64,000 nt of DNA, taken from positions 407,090 to 471,089 of the forward strand of contig JBFWOS010000001.1 of assembly GCA_050250375.1 (NCBI GenBank), given 5' to 3'. Made by a program: the position numbers and the translations under genes. Below, one piece after another: positions 59,858-64,000 of this stretch. The notes under the pieces are model-generated. The model searched no databases. It saw only the letters and a program-made list of their open reading frames with translations, and was not told where the DNA came from. The stretch is from Candidatus Omnitrophota bacterium. GTDB lineage: Bacteria; Omnitrophota; Gorgyraeia; Zapsychrales; Zapsychraceae. Each line of letters starts with the position of its first letter. Position 1 is the first letter of the stretch.

Positions 59858-61972
59858 TTAATTTGATTCGGCCTGTTTCCGGCTGAGATTCATACGTTTC
59901 ATTTGGTCGATTTCAACCAGCTTTACTTTAAACTCATCGCCAACTTTTACGACCGAACTCACATCTTTTACATATTCGTCGGATAACTCAGAAACGTGAA
60001 CTAGTCCTTGACGACCTGGCAAAAATTCACAAAATGCACCAAAATTCGTCACTTTGGCCACTTTCGCATTATATATCTTACCGACTTCAGGAATCTCTAC
60101 TAGCCCATCAATGAATCTTTTAGCCTTATTTGCAGAGTCAGCTTTAGTCGCCGCAATTAAGACTTTACCATCGTCATCAATATCAATTGTTTCTGCACCG
60201 GTTTCTTCCATAATCCGTTTAATCATCTTCCCTCCCGGGCCGATGACTTCACCAATTTTGTCTTGAGGAACCATTGTCGTTACAATTTTCGGAGCATATT
60301 CATTCAATTCTTCTGCTGGTTTAGAAATAGTCGCCGACATATTATCAAGAATTTTTATTCGGGCTTCTTTTGCCTGGTGAATCCCTTTTGCCAATACATC
60401 TAACGGGACACCCTTTATTTTTAGATCCAACTGTATGGCTGTAATACCTTTTCGTGAGCCCGCAATTTTATAGTCCATATCTCCATGATGATCTTCAAGC
60501 CCCATAATATCGGTTAAGAGCCTAAAGTCTTTCGGATTATCGCCCATAAGCAGGCCAATGGATATACCGGCGACGGCATTCTTAATCGGAACACCCGCAG
60601 CCATTAAACTTAAACATCCGGCACAAACCGATGCCATACTTGAAGAACCATTAGATTCAAGGATTTCAGAAACCACCCTCACCGTGTACGGAAATTCTTC
60701 TTTTTTCGGCATAACCCCTTGAATTGCCTTTGCAGCCAAAGCACCATGCCCTATTTCCCGACGGCCAGGACCACGGCTTCCCTTTGCTTCGCCGACACTG
60801 AACGCAGGAAAATTATAATGTAGCATAAAATTGCTGTATGTAAGTTCCTGCAGACCTTCGACCATCTGCTCATCTCTTTTTGTGCCCAAAGTAACAACAG
60901 CCAGGCTTTGCGTCTGCCCGCGGGTAAAAAGAGCTGACCCGTGTGTGCGGGGCAGTAAATTGATCTCACTGGTCAATTCTCTCAGTTCATCGGTTTTTCG
61001 TCCGTCAGTTCTTTTATTGTGTTCAAAAATAGACTTCCTAACGACATCATATTCAACCTTATCAAACATCGCCAAAATATGACCAGCCGGAACTTCTTTT
61101 TCATTGTCTTTAAATTGTTCAAACGCCGCTGAATTGCCTAACAATTCATCTAACAATGTGCGTCGAGCTTCCTCACGCTGCATTTTATCGGCGATGGTAT
61201 AAACCTTTTCCAGTTTAACCTGTATTAGTTCAGAAACTTTTTTCTTTAAATCAGGATGAGGAATGAATAATTTTACCTCGGATTTAGCTTTACCTACCCG
61301 TTGTTTAAACTGATTTTGCAGATCAACCATTTCGCTCATTTTAGTTTGAGCAAAATTTAATCCATCAATCACAATCTCATCGGACACTTCATACCCTTCA
61401 CCTTCAATCATTACTATTCCGTCTTTTAATCCAACGACGAAAAGTTCGAGAACACATTTTTTTCGCTGTTCATACGTTGGATTCATAATAAATTCACCGT
61501 CAACTAACCCGACCCTTACCGCGCCTATTGGTCCATCAAAAGGTATATCAGATATATGCAACGCAGCTGATGCCCCGATAGTTGCCAAAACATCAGGATC
61601 GTTCTCGCCATCTGAACTAATTACGTTACAGGTCACAACTACGTCATTATAAAACCCTTCAGGAAACAAAGGCCGTATCGGACGGTCAATGATCCTGGCC
61701 GTCAACGTTTCTTTTTGAGTTGGACGCCCTTCTCTTTTAAAGAAACCTCCAGGGATCTTACCAGCCGCATATGCCTTTTCTTGATATTCGACCATTAACG
61801 GAAAGAAGTCTACATCTTCCCTCGCCTTTGACGTCATACAGGCAGCAACCAGGACGGTTGTTCCACCTACCGTAACAGTAACTGCCCCATTGGCTTGTTT
61901 CGCCAATTTCCCGGTTTCTAAAATAAGTTTTTGCGCCCCGAAGGCCATTTCAATAACTTCATTCTGAATCAT
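59858..61972 (-). CDS. pnp: Polynucleotide phosphorylase
   Basis: Two RNase PH domains plus KH and S1. The start is at MIQNEV, preceded by AGGGAGAAAAGA. The track ORF begins 18 codons upstream. Confidence 0.9.
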   Translation of the reverse strand: MIQNEVIEMAFGAQKLILETGKLAKQANGAVTVTVGGTTVLVAACMTSKAREDVDFFPLMVEYQEKAYAAGKIPGGFFKREGRPTQKETLTARIIDRPIRPLFPEGFYNDVVVTCNVISSDGENDPDVLATIGASAALHISDIPFDGPIGAVRVGLVDGEFIMNPTYEQRKKCVLELFVVGLKDGIVMIEGEGYEVSDEIVIDGLNFAQTKMSEMVDLQNQFKQRVGKAKSEVKLFIPHPDLKKKVSELIQVKLEKVYTIADKMQREEARRTLLDELLGNSAAFEQFKDNEKEVPAGHILAMFDKVEYDVVRKSIFEHNKRTDGRKTDELRELTSEINLLPRTHGSALFTRGQTQSLAVVTLGTKRDEQMVEGLQELTYSNFMLHYNFPAFSVGEAKGSRGPGRREIGHGALAAKAIQGVMPKKEEFPYTVRVVSEILESNGSSSMASVCAGCLSLMAAGVPIKNAVAGISIGLLMGDNPKDFRLLTDIMGLEDHHGDMDYKIAGSRKGITAIQLDLKIKGVPLDVLAKGIHQAKEARIKILDNMSATISKPAEELNEYAPKIVTTMVPQDKIGEVIGPGGKMIKRIMEETGAETIDIDDDGKVLIAATKADSANKAKRFIDGLVEIPEVGKIYNAKVAKVTNFGAFCEFLPGRQGLVHVSELSDEYVKDVSSVVKVGDEFKVKLVEIDQMKRMNLSRKQAESN

Positions 61973-62052
61973 TCTTTTCTCCCTTAAACACTGCATCAAC
62001 GCTATCAGTTTCAAGTCATGCCCCAAAAACTAAAAGCATGTATGTCTGGTCG

Positions 62053-62322
62053 CTATTTACGTAAATTGAGTTTAGATATTGTATCCTGATATTTTTGAGG
62101 ATCTTTTTTCTTTAGGTAGGCCAACAAGCGTCGTCTTTTACCAATCATCATTAAAAGACCACGACGAGAATGAAAATCCTTTTTGTGTGCTTGAAAATGC
62201 TCAGCTAAATAATTAATCCTTTCGGTTAGCAAAGCAATCTGGACTGCAGGTGAACCAGTGTCTTTAGAATGCGATTTAAAATCATCAATTACTTCTGTTT
62301 TTCTTTCCTTTAGTAATACCAC
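62053..62322 (-). CDS. rpsO: 30S ribosomal protein S15
   Basis: 89 aa with …[21 protein letters not shown]…[20 protein letters not shown]. Confidence 0.95.
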   Translation of the reverse strand: MVLLKERKTEVIDDFKSHSKDTGSPAVQIALLTERINYLAEHFQAHKKDFHSRRGLLMMIGKRRRLLAYLKKKDPQKYQDTISKLNLRK

Positions 62323-62536
62323 TTCACTCCTCCTTCACTATTTTTCATAAGGCACCCTAACCACATCACCTGTCCATACAGTGTGCTGCAGTCCCGGCAA
62401 AAATAAACCGGACGTTTACCTTCAGCTAAGGTCGCTATTATACTATCCCCCTTTATCGAAGTCAAGACATATACATGACGCCGAAAAAATTAAGACGCTT
62501 ACATTAAATCATCACATATATCAGCAAATAAACAAC

Positions 62537-62905
62537 TTAAGAAGATTTCGCAATCTTCTTTTTGGTGGATTTTTTCGTTTTATCCGTTGAGTTCTTGCGT
62601 TTAAGCTTTGTCTGCAAGGATTTTTGTTCCTGATCAATCCCCTTATACTCTTCCAATAACTTTTTTAATAGAGGGCTTGGACTTGCAGGGTTTCGCAATT
62701 TTACAAATTCTTTGCCAATTTGATAATAAAGCTTTTCTTTCTTAAGACCTGCCGTTGTGGCATCAAGTTGAATCTTACTTTGTTTTGTAATCTTAACTAA
62801 TTCAATCTCACCTTTTTTGACAAGTTCGGAGGCCTCTTTACCAAACTTGATTAATTGTTCCTTAGTTTTTTCCCATTCTGTCTTAACATCATAATTTTGA
62901 GCCAT
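62537..62905 (-). CDS. Lysine-rich hypothetical protein (coiled coil plus basic tail)
   Basis: 122 aa with C-terminal …KLKRKNSTDKTKKSTKKKIAKSS. A terminator-like hairpin (AAGAAGAT-TTCGCA-ATCTTCTT) overlaps the stop. Confidence 0.5.
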   Translation of the reverse strand: MAQNYDVKTEWEKTKEQLIKFGKEASELVKKGEIELVKITKQSKIQLDATTAGLKKEKLYYQIGKEFVKLRNPASPSPLLKKLLEEYKGIDQEQKSLQTKLKRKNSTDKTKKSTKKKIAKSS

Positions 62906-63054
62906 TGACCAACCTCCATATTTTCATTTAATAACTTAAATAATCTCAAATACTTAAGTTTATCATTATAACAAGCACATTTAGATTTATGCAATATTTT
63001 TATCAACCAAAGAATTAAGTTGAAAGCATTGATTATTAAAGTTATACTAAAATT

Positions 63055-63291
63055 ATGAAAGATGGACTGATGTTATTCGCTGGGATTGCACTTGTTTTCG
63101 GCTTGATTGTATACGGCATTTATAAATTCACACGAACGAATTATGATGCCCCGCAAAGAACGCAAGAAGAAATCAATCAAGCTTATGAAGAAAAAGTGTC
63201 TTATCAACAACAAATTGATGACGTAGAGCGCCGCAGAAAAGATCTTATGCGTCAACAGAAGCAACGCTTGCGCGATATGCAACGACACTAA
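63055..63291 (+). CDS. Small single-TM protein (hypothetical)
   Basis: 78 aa with TM helix LMLFAGIALVFGLIVYGIY and a charged coiled tail. Confidence 0.4.
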   Translation: MKDGLMLFAGIALVFGLIVYGIYKFTRTNYDAPQRTQEEINQAYEEKVSYQQQIDDVERRRKDLMRQQKQRLRDMQRH

Positions 63292-63309
63292 TTACAAACA
63301 ACTTGCAAT

Positions 63310-63765
63310 TTAGTGGTGTTCACGCGCGACAATAATCCTCCGCGTCATTTCCTCTTCATACAATTTAATGATATTATTTAATTCATTTTCACCCAAAAAA
63401 TGAACGATTGCTTTTTCTATGGCAACGAACCTGTATTTCATATATAGATAATCCTGCGAAAAAATTTTCTTGCCGTCTCCAGAATATTTCTTATTTTGCG
63501 CTTTATCGAATTTCTCAACCTTGTAATTCTCGAAATTTTGGATTAGATGTTTATACTCTTCATTCCCCGACACTGATTTATATTCTTTGGTATTGATTAA
63601 CTCTTCAAACAAATAGTCGTCAACAATCTTTTGTGTAGAATACCGATCAATTCGATCCAACGCCTCCTTAGTTGTCATATAACACCAAATCAAATAGCGT
63701 CGAATCAATTTTTTGTCGTTAACATTCGGATTATTATTCATTTTCTTAAAATCATTCTTTATCAA
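63310..63765 (-). CDS. Hypothetical protein
   Basis: 151-aa ORF with no recognised motif. Confidence 0.45.
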   Translation of the reverse strand: MIKNDFKKMNNNPNVNDKKLIRRYLIWCYMTTKEALDRIDRYSTQKIVDDYLFEELINTKEYKSVSGNEEYKHLIQNFENYKVEKFDKAQNKKYSGDGKKIFSQDYLYMKYRFVAIEKAIVHFLGENELNNIIKLYEEEMTRRIIVAREHH

Positions 63766-63891
63766 ATGTCACCGCTAAATGGCGCTCAATTGCCCTCTTT
63801 TAATCAGCCAACACACACTAGTATGCCTATTTCGATATTTAAAATTACGTCAGTCACCAAAATATATGTGAAGCATAGACTATAGGGACTT

Positions 63892-64000
63892 AACAATCCT
63901 CCGTGCATCCTCCGACAGTCTCACCAGGCTCACAACATCCATTACCACAAATAGACACACACCCTAATGTCGAATTAAAACAAGCAGTCTCAGCCATACA
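63892..64000 (-). CDS. Partial ORF encoding the C-terminus of a Cys-rich peptide (…CMAETACFNSTLGCVSICGNGCCEPGETVGGCTEDC*). It runs off the window end.
   Basis: Manual translation gives an open frame with no stop for 36 codons, in a region that is locally GC-richer, with 9 Cys in 36 aa. Confidence 0.25.

Noticed and set aside
63890-63960. SRP (4.5S) RNA-like sequence on the minus strand (CCTGGTGAGACTGTCGGAGGATGCACGG)
   Set aside because: It resembles the domain IV GGAAGGAAGCAGC region but deviates at several invariant positions, and no complementary 5'/3' helix could be found. The open reading frame interpretation fits better.

Overview
This window is a low-GC bacterial chromosomal segment that looks diderm. 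Nearly all genes run on the minus strand, apart from one plus-strand block at about 39.9–50.3 kb.

Major content:
- A complete division/cell-wall (dcw) cluster at 8.6–25.0 kb: mraZ, a small inserted ORF, rsmH, ftsL, ftsI, murE, murF, mraY, murD, ftsW, murG, an HExxH peptidase, murC, ddl, ftsQ and ftsA. There is no murB between murC and ddl, no ftsZ follows ftsA, and a secreted HExxH peptidase sits between murG and murC. A promoter plus MraZ-box-like GTGG repeats lie upstream of mraZ.
- A housekeeping block: ribF, truB, nrnA, rbfA, a CCA-adding enzyme, xerC/D, ligA and acyP.
- A mixed rib/fab operon (ribBA-ribH-nusB-trpH-ribD-ribE-fabF-like-fabG-fabZ) whose FabF homolog has lost all three catalytic residues.
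- A ydbH/ynbE/ydbL-like operon next to a tandem-CBS protein and a partial PIF1-like helicase.
- pgpA-pgsA-rimO, rodZ-like, ftsK, pnp and rpsO.

The most unusual region is 40.4–53.3 kb: a YfhO-like polytopic membrane protein, then three tandem, translationally coupled paralogous gene pairs. Each pair is a ~240–266 aa protein with three transmembrane helices (3-TM) and a conserved C-terminal domain, followed by a ~460 aa multi-pass membrane protein. These are interleaved with and followed by four SAM methyltransferases (one of FkbM type), a methyltransferase–GT2 (DPM1-like) fusion, and a Bax-inhibitor-like membrane protein. I read this as a candidate uncharacterised extracytoplasmic glycosylation/methylation system that uses a polyprenol-phosphate-sugar donor. 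No rRNA, tRNA, CRISPR array or obvious mobile element was recognised.
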